This document shows, one piece after another, positions 38,229 to 51,400 of a DNA stretch of 64,000 nt. Position 1 is the stretch's first letter, and each line of letters begins with the position of its first letter. Origin of the DNA: Hydrurus foetidus (lineage: Eukaryota); NCBI GenBank assembly GCA_900617105.1, contig UYFQ01000806.1, positions 1 to 64,000 of the forward strand, read 5' to 3'. A program made the position numbers and the translations under genes. A model generated the notes under the pieces. The model was not told where the DNA came from. It made no database searches and saw only the letters and a program-made list of their open reading frames with translations.

Positions 38229-41200
38229 GTCGAGTGCCATATGTTTTGTTTTTGATCAGTATGGTGTGGGGTGAAAAAAGGGCGTTAGAGCGATTCTGTA
38301 CTCCACAATTGAAATCATCGACAGTAGCAACACATCTCAGTACCATTCTAACAAGCTCCATCAATTCTGCGAGTTTTTCGCTGATTCTTCTTCATCTGCC
38401 CTCCTGGATATTCAGCTCTCAATTATCTGGAGTGCCAAGCTTCCTTTCGTTCTGTATCAATCGCTTGCTCGAGGTAGAGAAACCTCCTATTCTCCTCTGA
38501 AGTTTAGCGGATCCATCACATTTGCTGCTTCTGAAATCGAGTGCGAGCCTGAAAATTCGCCATTGTTTCGGACTATAAGCTTACTTTCCGTTTTGTTTGT
38601 CGAATTCAGACGCCACTTTATCTGTGCGAGGACTCGCTAATTTCTGTAATGCGGGAAATTCTGGCATTCCGTTCACGTGGCAAAGGGACTTTTGCCTTGA
38701 GGAAAGACCTGAAAGCACTTAGTGGAACTGTATGTGACCTACGGCGAAATCCTGAGAACGTGCATGGTATAACTTTCATTCGCAGCATGTTTTTTCTGAT
38801 AAATTCACTGTCAAATTATCCGTACAGCCTATTAGTACACAGCCTATCAGTACAATATCTAGTTTGCCTGCGAATCACTCACGTCAACACCTTCTGCACA
38901 CTGTAAAACAGATTCGAATTGCGTTCAGATACTGTCCTCGCTCGATATTGCAGCTGTACATCCCGCGACTCATTATCCGGGTGAGCGACTGGGGAACGTC
39001 AGCCGTGTCGAAGCTTCTGTTATTTCAGAATTTATGGATGGAGACAACCTTCTATTAGATGAGTGTAACGTTTATAGTGTTGGATTTAAGTTTGTTTGCA
39101 TACTGCTTGAGGATACCAATCACCGCTCTACAGGATATTTAATCAAGATTGTTGTGTACTCCATAAATTCTGACTTATGGACACATAAACTTTACGACAT
39201 TCTAAAAGACAAGAAATTGAAGCCAATAAAAATCATCAAAAAAGAACGTGTTATTTCTTGAAAAAACATCTTGTCATTCAATCTTCATGAAAATGAAATT
39301 AACAATTAGTTGTCGTTTTCATCGTCACTATCATCAATGTCATGACTAATTTCCATAACATCATTATTTGACGCGTAATGTTCTAAAATAGCTCTTTCTA
39401 AGAATTCAATGTCATTCAAGTCATTATTATCTTCTTCTTCGTCATCTACAGAGATGTCTACCGTACCTTCCGGTACGACAGTCAGAGTTCCGCAGAGCTG
39501 TTCTTTTTTATACTGGACGAATATTGCAGGTTCATCACTGCTGTCTCTATGTTTGGGATATGTTCCAGTTTTTACAAAGCTTCTATGAATGCAGTCCTTG
39601 AAATTCTCCTCCGTCATCTGTTCCTTAAATAGCATAAGTAGATCTTTGATGCCCTCTATCATGGACGGCTTAGGGGGGTTGAAGTCCAAATGTTTACGTT
39701 GAGCACGTGGTAATTGGATGTTGATTGCCCTCTCAGCTTTATATTCGTGGAAACTCTTGTACAACCTGTTCGCTCGGTTGGTTCGTATGTGAGCTTTCAA
39801 GGGACCATTCACTACGAGATCCAGGACCTGCAACTCTCCCGTCATATTTTTCGGTAAGAATACAACATCTACACCGATTTCTCGTATTATATCCATGACA
39901 CAAGCAGTCTTGTGACTACCGCAGTTGTCACACCACAACAGCATTTTACCAATCTTATCTTTTATCGGTTTGATAAGAACTTCAAACCACAGTATCATCC
40001 GCACAGTATCATTCCACGCTTTCACCTGACTGGTGATGACATGACCGGTTTCTTCATGTATAATGTACAGTACTCTGTGCATTGCAGTGACACCATTTAT
40101 CGTTAGTACACGACTCCACTCTCTCAGTTTCCACCCCTCGTTCACAGTAAACCCAGCTTTCTTGTTCAAATCACGTACTACTGTCATGCCTGTCTGATCA
40201 GGTCGTGCTTCTGAGCTCACTGAATGCTTGATGATGAGCATGAGAGGAGCGAATGAACCTTCGGCGTTAACGGCAATGACTGCTGTAATCCTTAGCTTGG
40301 TGTTCGAGATACCTATGTTTGTAGCTCGTCCTTGATTGGTTGGACAATAAACATGCGTGGGGCCGATAGCCCACGTAAAAGCAGTCTCATCGAAGTTGTA
40401 GCACGATTGAGCGGTGTGATCATTTTTGACCAATACTTCTTGGCCTATACTTAATACATGAGCTATTTCTTCATCGGTAGGTACCTCCTTATCTTCTCTC
40501 GTTATTTTCCTCCGTGTTACACCTCCTCGTAAAAGGAACGATTTTATCCATTTATTCGTGAATTTCATGTTTTGTATTTCCTCATTCAGTAACCAACTTT
40601 CTCTAGCCTGAACACCTTTCGCAGCTGTTTCCACAATTGAGTATGAGAACGTTACATTGATAATAACTCTCACATCCTTTTTGGTTACCTACATGAAAAA
40701 TTGATAATCAAATTGTGAGGAATTATGTCTGTGATATGATGCGAAGTTAACCGAAATCATTAATTACTCACATCATCATCGTTCTGTTCGAAGGCACACA
40801 TCACCAAATTACCCCAAACCTCTGACTCAAATAACTCACTAACTTTTCGTCCAGGTCTTTTCCTATTTTGGTTTCTCAATGTATCCCAACGCCGTATGGT
40901 CCTCTCGGATATTTGAGAATAGTACGGAATTTCCGACAGTAGCCCCGCTGTTGCTAATGCTGATGCATGTTGAACTTCCTTGTATTCCCGATCTAGTGCA
41001 ATTTCGCGTACAACTCCAAATAGTTTCAGTACATTACTTCGATCCTCATCACCGAAAACAACATACTTTTTGGGAAGGTCAGCGGTTGCTTTTATTATTT
41101 TTTCATCATTTTCAAAATTATCATTTATCATTTCTTTTTCTTCTTTGCATTCTTCATTATCACTTTCATCACCGCTCCCATTTTCATTTTCATTTTCAGT

Positions 41201-42324
41201 ACTATTCGAAATCTTCTCATCATGCTTTATTTTTCTTTTGGAAGCGATTTTAAGGGCGGACTCTAGGTAAAATAAGGAATGTTTTCTCCAAACTCGCCTT
41301 CTAAAGATTTCACAAGTTTGCTTGTACTGAGATTAATTGCCTTTTGGCGGAGCTTGGACGGTGATTTTCTTACAACTCGTTTTTTATTCACGGAATTACT
41401 TTTCTTCAGCATTGACTTCATCACTGGCAAGAATAAGTTGCCGTAGACAGAAGAAGGTGACTTGTGAGGAGATTTTTCATAGTTATTCTTTAAGAGGAAA
41501 GAGTCTCTAATGATAACCATTCTATCGATAAGTCCCAGGAAAGATTCATTCTCAGAACGATTATTGACATATGTACTAAACTTTATCTCTATCGACCTCT
41601 GAGCACCAGTCAGACCAAAGAAGTCTGGCACTGATTTTGAGAAAGTTGATACGATAATAGCATCAAGTCCCATTTTGTTGAGCTGTTTCTGAAATAAGGA
41701 CAGCCCATGAGACAAAGCTATTGGGTCGATATAAAGATCAGCAGTCGTAGCCGAAGTATAAATAATCTCTTTGTTCATCTTCTCGCTCAGCTCACCAGAA
41801 GTCCACTGAATGCTGGATGAAATGACAGTAGAATCGTATCTCGCTAGAACATTAGCCACCATAAAGGCACAGTAGTCAGCAGAGAGCTGATATTCCTTTA
41901 TTTTTCCACTTTTTCGGCCTTCATATTGTAGGTAAAATATTGGTGTCAAGTATGAAGGGGCATCTGAATTGCAGTCCATCAGCGATTAATAGGTACTTTT
42001 TGGTATTGCTTTCAGTGCGCAGAACTTACTCATGATTCACGGTTCAGGAAATATTGAGTTGGGAGATGAAGAAGCGCTAAAGGACAAGATATTCGCCACG
42101 GTAAAATGTGCTCGTGGTGTTGCAGGATTTTCACAAAAATAAAGACTGATGAGCAGCAGCTACAGTGACGAACAAGGATTGCTGCTCAGTATTGCTATCA
42201 CTGTATTATTGATCGAGTTGTGGAGAGTAGTGCACAGACGTGTGTAATCTAGAATACTGGATCAAATGTGTCAGAGACGGGGTCTAACGACCGTTTCAAA
42301 TACAAAACATATGGCACTCGACGG
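38227..42324 (-). mobile_element. 4.1-kb pogo/Fot1-like DNA transposon (Tc1/mariner superfamily), probably autonomous
   Basis: TIRs match at 28/29 nt (CCGTCGAGTGCCATATGTTTTGT[T/A]TTTGA); TA after the right end; internal DDE transposase. Confidence 0.9.
39306..41979 (-). CDS. DDE_1-type (pogo/Fot1-like, DD35D) transposase, probably 3 exons (intron 40771-40689; short intron ending at 41263)
   Basis: YNFDET...LLWCDNCGSH-(35 aa)-LQVLD; FTNKWIKSFLLR CENP-B-like HTH segment; SERTIRRW HTH-like segment; an in-frame GTGAGT...TAG splice joins ORFs 40760..41131 and 39306..40673. Confidence 0.82.
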
Positions 42325-44007
42325 TACAGCACACCATATCCCTTCTCCCCGAAGTTCCGTTGAACCGCACTGTACGCACGCAAACCCGAAACGTCTTGAG
42401 GTGCAGCAGTGCCGCCCGCCGAACCCCGCCGTATCAATTATGCATTACTTTGTGTGTGCTTTGTATTGTTAACGAATCGACCATAATTGCAGTAGGCTTT
42501 GTTGTTGCAAGTATTCACTCTTCGAAATAGTTCATAACATAGGGACGGTAAGATAAACTTATCAAATTATTACGTAAAACGATTGGGATTTACTTTAAAA
42601 GTTCATCATCTGAAATAGCGCTTTCATCAAAATAAAGAAAAGATTGCTTGTATCATGAGCGATGTTAATGAACTTACACTTTCATTAATGGAAAAATCGA
42701 TGCTCTACGCTAGCACAAATTACCAGTTATTCTTTCCATGAAATAAGTATTTGCCTGCACTGATAGGTTAGTTGTGAGTCCCGGTTTCCCCATTAAAATG
42801 CATACAACTGCATAAAATTCATAGGCTACTGCATACATAGGATGCTGCAACTAGTTGCATTGGAGGTATTCAGCTGAGATGGGAAACCTCTTCAAAATCA
42901 GAGCATCTCTGACATCGAAGTATGATGAAGCTGTGCTGATGTTCGCCTTCTTCGTTTATTGATTTTTCGTGCGCGATTTATCCCAGCCTGCAACGTATGC
43001 ACGTTTCCATGTCACATCACTGAAACGGAATACGAATAATGAGGCACTTTGCCATTTAGATGCATACAGTACTAAATCAGCGGTAGGTAGGTGATCCATT
43101 ACAGCCCTCTAGAAATCGGCGCATCTCAGATCTCATAGTATGTATGATGCACTTATTCTGTTGTTCGGGTTCTCCATTCACTGAATTTATACTGTATAGC
43201 ACGCATAAAGTTGTTCACCCTATAGTGGGCAACGTACAGTAACTATGTATGATGTACTACACCACTATGTACTACGTACTTCTACACCATATACCATATT
43301 ACATATTATATTATATATTATATATATTATGTGTGAACGTACACAGTACACAGTATTTCCGTATTTCCGGATAAAATAATCGGTATGGTACCGTACCATA
43401 CCGTAGGGTCCCGGGTCGGCGACGGTATATAGCAGGAAGAATTCCGAATCAAACCCTCTGATGTGTGAAAGGAGAATAAGGAATAAATCGACGAACATTA
43501 TTGGAAAACCCTCAAAGCGACGTAATCGTCTTCGTTGATGCAGCAGTCGCGATGGAACACAACGTCACATTAAAAAAAGATTCTTCATAAATCATACAAC
43601 ATTAACCAAACTAGACGTGAATAGCTCTCTCGAATATACCGCAAAGACAACAGAAGTCTGAAGCCTTCATCATGTCTAGTATCCTCCGCAGCTTCCTCGT
43701 AACCTTCTCAGTGATCACATGCTGCAGAGGGCTCTTGAACGCACGCATCGAAGACCACGCGTTGGACATCCTGTCACGAGGCGACCAAGGATCCGCCAAG
43801 ACCCACATCTACAAGGAAGGCATGCCGCTTCTAGCCTCTCGCAGTGATCTTGTAAAACGAGCAGATATCCATCACGACTATCCGCACGAGCTGGTATTTG
43901 CCGTGAAACAAAACAATATTGATGAGCTGGAGCGAGCTCTACACGATGTCTCAGATCCTACGAGCCCCAACTACGGCCAGCACTGGAGCGGAGAACAAGT
44001 TGGCGCC
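42325..44007 (+). repeat. 1.68-kb direct duplication, copy B
   Basis: Begins at the TA abutting the right TIR; matches 36546-38228. Confidence 0.92.
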
Positions 44008-46673
44008 ATGACTTCAAACATTCAGGCGCGCGATGCAACAGTCTCATATCTGCAGGCCAATGGCGCAACCATCAAATCCGAGTCTCGTTATGGCGAATAT
44101 ATCACAGCAGTTGCTCCAATATCTATGTGGGACAAAGCTCTGAACACACAATTCTTCAAATTTCACCAAAGACAGCTCAACGGAGATGTCAAAGAGACGA
44201 TAAGAGCTGAGGCTTATTCAATTCCCATCGAACTCGATGAACATGTCACCTACGTTCTAAACGCCATCGAAATGCCCGTCAGAGTTACCATGAAAGGCGA
44301 AACATACGAAGTACCACCTGAGTACACGACGTCGAAGAAGAGCAGCAAGAGTCACATGGATACATCGCGTTACTCGTATGGATATGTGCTACCTCACGAT
44401 TTGAGGAGGTACTATAACTTCAGTACCAGCCATGGCAGCGCGCTATCGACCCAGGAGGCGTATGCCGGTGGTGACGACTGGCTCAACCCGGAGGATTTGG
44501 CACTATTCCAGTCCCTCGACCACATCAAACTTAATCAGCCGGCGATCGCTGGTTCTTTCGGTCACGTTTCTGGCGATCCTACGGTGATGGGACCGAACGG
44601 ATACCACGGCGGAGGCAATCTGGACATCCAGTACCTCATCGCCATGTCACCCGAATCTCCCACGATTTACGGCTGGCACCCGTCAAGCATTTCGTGTTGG
44701 ATGCTAACAATGACCGACATGCTCATCCCGCCTCGCGTATTGAGCATCAGCTACGGCTTGGAAGAGGTGTACAACTCATACGCCGAGTATGCTCAATTTA
44801 ATACGGAGGTCATCAAACTCAGTCTTAGAGGCACAACTCTCGTCGCAGCATCAGGCGATGACGGAGCAGTGAGCGGAGCGGCCAGAGGAGGGGCACTACA
44901 CAATTGCGGCTACTACCCTCTATTTCCTGCATCACATCCATACGTTGTTGCTGTTGGGGCCACATCGGTGAGTGCGACAGGCAGCGTCATATGATCGATG
45001 TGTTCTATATAACCACGAGCCTGCCAATTATGATCTCATCTGCTCCTCAACTTTCATGCCACCAGGGAGCGGAGAACAACGAAAGAGAAGTTGTGTGCTC
45101 TGCCGGAACTACCGGCAGGATAACTTCAGGAGGCGGCTTCTCGCAAGTATACAGCCAGCCCAACTATCAAGCCAAAGCGGTCAGTGATTACTTCGTCACT
45201 GCTGCAGCCACTGGCAAAAAACCATTTCCTGGCTTCAATGCTGGGGGCAGAGCGTATCCGGATATCTCCATGCAAGGTCTGAACTACCTAGTTATCATGT
45301 ACGGACAGTACGGTGGCAAGGCCGGCACCTCTGCCTCCACTCCTGTAGCTGCCGCCGCCATCTCAAACATCAACGCTGCCCGCATGGCTGTCGGTAAAGG
45401 AACTCTTGGGTGGATGAACCCCGCTCTATACACTCATGCTGCATCATTCGTGAACGACATCGTGACAGGCAACAACACCTGCTCTGCCACTACTCCATGC
45501 TGTCCTCATGGCTTCCACGCAACCAAGGGGTGGGACCCTGCCACTGGTCTTGGGTCCATCAACTACGGGAAGATGGAGGCCACTTTCCTCGCCCTAGGCG
45601 CAGTCACTAATGGGTATTCGAGAAGTCCCACACCATCGCCAAGCACCAGTAAGCCCTCAGTTGTACCAACGCAGTCGCCTACAAGAGCAACATCGTCGCC
45701 AACTACCAGTAAGCCCTCAGCGGAACCAACGCTGAAGACTAAAAGGCCCACACCTGTTCCCACGGTTCGTCCAAACAAGAGGAGACCTACGTTCCGCCCA
45801 TCCGCCTTTAAAGCAGGCGGCGACTCTTCATCCAACTCTCCAGCAACTGTAGTTAGCGTGACTCAGACTCTCATAGACGCATTAATATGCCAGACGGATA
45901 ACACTGACTTCGCCGACGCCGTTGCAAATACTGTTATTTCAGTGCTCGGAGTGCCCGAAGCATTGGTGACAGACATCACCACCACAGCAAGCGGACGCAG
46001 ACTCCTATCTGGCGTGACATTGTCGTACACTGTCAGCGTAGATGGCATGACACCCGAGCTGGTAATCGCATCGCTTCAGACTTCGGTGAGCACCGGCGAC
46101 TTCCTGACCATGCTCTCGGATATCAGCGGCGCATACATCAGTGAGGTGACCAATCTGCAGACTGCCGATTTATCTAGCACCAAGGCTCCTGCAATGACCC
46201 CAGACGCCGACGGTAAGTTTCGGCTGAAGATGGCAACCGCACAAAATGAGACTATTTGATCGCCTATATTGTCATCGAGTGTATTTTCATCATTTTCATG
46301 TATATTCAACCTCGTCTATCGACCAGATTCTTCATCGACTACTACCGCTGCCGTCGCTAGTGGGTGTGTTGGAGGGCTGCTCTTCGGCGTTTTGGCGAGC
46401 TTTCTGTACTTCAATAGGTCGAAAGGCGAGAAAAAAAAGTTACCACCCATTCACACGCATGTCGCCGCTGAGGACTTCGATGACAGCATAATAATTACCA
46501 ACAGCAACTGCGACCGAGACATGATTCCCAAGACCTCTCTTCCTACCTCTCCGCACTCCCCCATGGCGCCGAGTACATCTTCTCCGCCACCTGGCTACAA
46601 GCCAATCAAATCGCTCAAACCTTTGAAGCTCCAGATCGACGAGGTCTACCCAGCTTCTCAGAGCAGTGTGTAG
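43672..46673 (+). CDS. Peptidase S53 precursor, copy 2 (inverted paralog); introns 44968-45065 and 46213-46326
   Basis: First 440-aa ORF identical to copy 1, same S53 motifs, diverged stalk, identical TM segment, diverged cytoplasmic tail. Confidence 0.9.
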
Positions 46674-48448
46674 TCAAATGCTTGAGGGATCGAGCTAGCT
46701 TATCCAGTCAGCCAAGTAGCTGATTTGAACTCTTACGAAATCATCCATCGCGTCGAACCAAATGACTCTTACTTATCTTTATTTACTTATATTCGATATC
46801 CTTTTATTCCACTTTTGTTCGCTTCACTTGACTCCCCTTTACATTCACAACCCGCCCGTTCCATGCTTACTACGCGACTATCCGTATAGCGGTCATACCA
46901 GTTTTATATTTTACGGTGCTCGAATCCTCGACGTTACAACCCACCTTATATCACACCTACCTGTTCAACCGTCCACATTAATTTCAATGTTTCAGTATCT
47001 CTCGAGTATCTCGACAGAGATGGCACATCAACTTCAGGCAGTACGGCACACACAACGTCATCCACACTATTCATCACACCAACAGACACCGCATTATACC
47101 CCACCACTGAGACCATTATTTTCATCACTCATTCTCACCAGTACCACAGTTCATGCATCCCGATATATCAACGCGATATTACCATGGTAGTACTCTCCCA
47201 GTACCTTTCAACTTTTCTCCACACAAGTCACATTATATCACATCAAACATATAGCAATAAGTACCCCAGGCTAGAGATGCCTCAGTACCACTGTCTGCTG
47301 TCCACACATCCGATATAGCGTCTATTCTATTGAGCTTAGCAGTCAATAGCGGCGGCCTACATCTGAGAGTACCAAGAAGAGACCTTGATATTGATATTGC
47401 GAATGCAATATTCTCAGAAATTCGTGATTCCTATGTTTTTATTTCTCATCCGGCGAGTCATCATTACTGCACGTGTCCTTCATATCACGTTGCAGTTATG
47501 GCGCCACCTTGAGGTTCACATTTATTTCCGTATTTGTTTTTTATTTATTGAATTGCCTCGTTAGATGTTTTGTAGAGCACTGATTATCATCTCCACGTGA
47601 TTTCATCGTTGAGAGTTTCAGTAGATCTATCTCGATATCGTACGGGTTGAACCCACTGTTGCTGCGTGTTGGCCCATCAAGTAAAACTAAATAGCATTCT
47701 ATTTCATTACTAAGCCTTGTACCCACTGCTGCACGGACTCCATTCGGTCCGATCAAATTCTCTATGAATGATTAAGCAGTCCCACACCTCCAGAAATCCC
47801 TCGATCCAGAGTAGCAAGGCACAGTGAGAGGATACAGGAGTGTGGCTACAATGGTTTGTGCTGTAGGTAACGTTGTAGTTACTCAAGGTACGCACTTCGT
47901 GATCTACGTATGTACTGTACAGTATATCATCCATTGCGCACTCAGTACGTACAAACATCCTCTACCCCCAACAAATTGTATGTCGTAATTTGGTCCTGCG
48001 GGTCGTGCGTACATCTCTAACAGCTCAAAGCTGTCTCGAACCATTCACAGAGGTGGCGCAAGTGGCCATATGGTGCCGGAGATATTCAAGATTTTGCCAA
48101 TGGGAACATGTACAACTACTCGATAGCGGTGTGGCTGATCTGGAGAGTGTATTTTATTGCGCATACTGCATCATCTATAGTATACTATTAGAACACTACT
48201 TCTCCAGCGGAACCGACATGACCGTACAACAGTCGTCCTTGGCAAGTTGACAGATGACCTAGAAATTCGAAGTGTGGAAGTCTTCGCGATGAATGCCGTT
48301 GAAGAATTTCTTAAGGTAGATGAGACGCAAAGCGTTGATATTATTGGTCGTAATAGAGTCAGGTCGCACAATGAGTCAGTGCGCACGAAAATGATGATAA
48401 AAGATTTTGAAAGATTTTGAAGTAAGGATAGCAAGTAAGAATTCTGTT

Positions 48449-51400
48449 CTAGAAATAATTTTTCTTGTAATTAATAAAATTGGATGGGTCCTTGGACTGT
48501 AATTCCAGAGCAGCTCGGGCTTTGGCTAATTTTCTGGCCTGAATCATTCTGCTTTCTTGTTCTGCTTGGCGTCTTTCTCTGAGGAGAAACAATTTTCTTT
48601 CAGCTACTATTCGCTCTATTTTGCATAATTCTCGATTCTCATCTTCGTCATCGATATCTGACTCATAAAAGGCAGCACCGTTTTCTCTGCCACGCTTCTC
48701 ACCATCATCCGATCTCTCTTGCTGCTTCAATTTCGAAATGATTACCTTCTCTTTATAAGCCTTCATGTCTTTTTTTATTAGTAAAATTTCTTGTAACGGA
48801 AACACCTTCATTTCCGTCAGAACTTTCAACTCGCTAGAAATTTGCCTTTCTATTTCCAGTATATAGTACTGCAGTCTCAGTGACTCTTCAAGCTGCTGTG
48901 TGGTCCTGGTAATGGATTCAAAGATAGAGTCAACGTGAAGGTGATGAGATAAATGCTAATCGATTGTAAGGAAAGCCAAGACAGGAATGTCGAATATTTT
49001 AAAATAGTTGAGAGGGAATGCTGAAGGTACCACGAAGATGAATCAGTGTATCGCATATATCTCGCATACTTTTACTATGAAAAAGCAGCATGACATACGA
49101 TAGAGAATAGAATAACGTTCTCCACGCACCTTTCTAGTGTACTCCTGTCCTTCCAAACCGCCCACACAGGCGGCTTCGGCACGAGAGGCATGTGTATCGA
49201 GGAAAGGGAAAGGGAGGGCACATCATGTTTTCCTTTGTGTGGGTTCGTGACAGGGGTGTTGTGAGAGCAAGATGGACCATCAGAATGACTTGTAGCTTTC
49301 TTCTTCGTCCCCACTGCTTTCGTAGGTGACGTGTTACCGGAGGGCTTTAGTATGGGACTCCTCACCAACAGTTGATGGCTCTTCGCAGCAGCCATGAGTC
49401 GCTTCCTCATCCGCATGTCATGAGCTGTTTTCTTCACGAAGGACCTCAACGTTGCTTTCAATTTACCGTCCCACAGCTCTTGCAGCAGTGTAGAGGCCGC
49501 TCTAATCATGGTCAAGTCCTTTCTGCTGTCTACAGCAGGCCCAAACACGGTCTCTAGGGAGGATCCTGCACCGCTCAGATTCGGGACTCTACGTGGTAGG
49601 AACTTCGTGGCGTCACTGATGGCAGAGGAGGTAGACCGATTGTCAAGGAAAACCTTTAAGTCGGAGTGATATTGGCAGAGATGAGGAGACTTTCTGTACC
49701 CCTCCAACAGACATGACCTCCATCGACACAGAGTGGACAGCACGGAGGCGTCCCATCTCCTGGGACTATGCAGCGACTCAACCTCACCCACATTACCCCC
49801 CCTCGCCCTTCTCCTTCTCCCTCCCCCTCTCCACATCATGTATTGCGTCTTTGCACTTCTCATCATATGTAAGAATAGGCGTGAAATTAGAAAGCATATG
49901 AGGTTGTTGGGAATTGTTGGAATCTTCGAGTGTGTCGAGGTCCAGAGTCCCTCTGACGCAGGTTGTGGGGATATTCACCGCACTGTCTGACGGCACTCTA
50001 TTTCTCACGCCAGCAGCAGTGATATGGACGTCACAGGTCGACAGCAAAGATCTCAGCAACTCATCATCATGAAGTACGCTGCTATGTTGCATCACACCAC
50101 GAGGTTGAAGTTGAGGTTGATGGGGATTATTGTCATTTTCAATTCGATCCCTCCCACCTCCATGTAACTGTATCAAATAATAGGAGTCCCCGCCATCATT
50201 TAGAGTGTTAGGAGGACTATTATCATTGATGCTGCATTCCGAATATGCGTGCAGACGCGACCCTGGCAGTACCAAATATTGGTGGTGGAAGTCAGTAGGA
50301 GAGTTATCTCCGTCCTGTTGACAGCTATCTCCGTTTCTACCGATTTTATCGCCATTCCTCTGCGTGTTATCAAAGTCCTCTAGTCCAGTGTAAGCAACCT
50401 TTTCTGCTGCTGTTGTAGCTGACAATATGGATCCTTTGGAGTTATGTTTGAGGGAATGACTGCGAGAGCAAGCATGGTCGGGTAATAGATGCAGGGCCTC
50501 ACTCCCCTTTGGGTAGACATCCTCTTCAACTACGCACTCATGTTGAAGATGAACACCCTGTAAGAGCTCAGCCATGCAGGGATCGGACAGAGGGATCATG
50601 ACTTGGAAGGATTGCAGGGAGGGATCTTGGGTCGCATTACCAGGACTGCTAGACAATGCGATGCGGGACAGTGCGGAACATAGAGAGGAGACTGGAGTGA
50701 CCTGCACCATGCAAAACAGACGATCTAGCAATGCAGGCACACTTGGACTGCCTTCCTTCTTCCCTTGATTTACATCGTCTACATCAGGATGAGAAGCTCC
50801 GTTAGAAGATGAGAAGGACCCTGGAACTGAATGTGGAATCTTATTGGATACGGGCAGACAGGATGACATTTCATAATGGGTCAGATTAGCTCCAATATCC
50901 CCATTATCGCTGCATTGTGACACATCGCTTCGAGCATGAGATCTTGAGGAGAAGGAGGAGGGGGATGTGTGGGTGTGCGCAGCAGCTGTTTCGAATATCT
51001 GCACTGAGCAGGCGGGGGCGAAGTGCAAAGTCTCATCGGATACTGAGCGAACCTGCAGATCAACACATAGACAGCGAAGGAGACATTAAGGACATCCAAG
51101 CGTATTAGATGTTTTCAGTACTAGGCTCTTGCCCCACAACAAAATAGATTTCTAGTAAGGTAGGATGCAACACTACAACGTCCAAGGCGCCCCTGCTGAT
51201 TCACCTGCACGATGTCAGGGAACATCCTCAGTCGGGATCTCAGCTCACTATCAATCGGACCCTTCTGAAGTACGTCCAATGGATCCTGGACTGCAGATTC
51301 CTTAGAGTGGCGGGAAAGGTAGCGTTGGACATAAAAAGGTTCTGTTGTGAGATACCTCCTCAACGCATGAGCGTCACTGAACCTAGGGTCTGTCTTCTTC

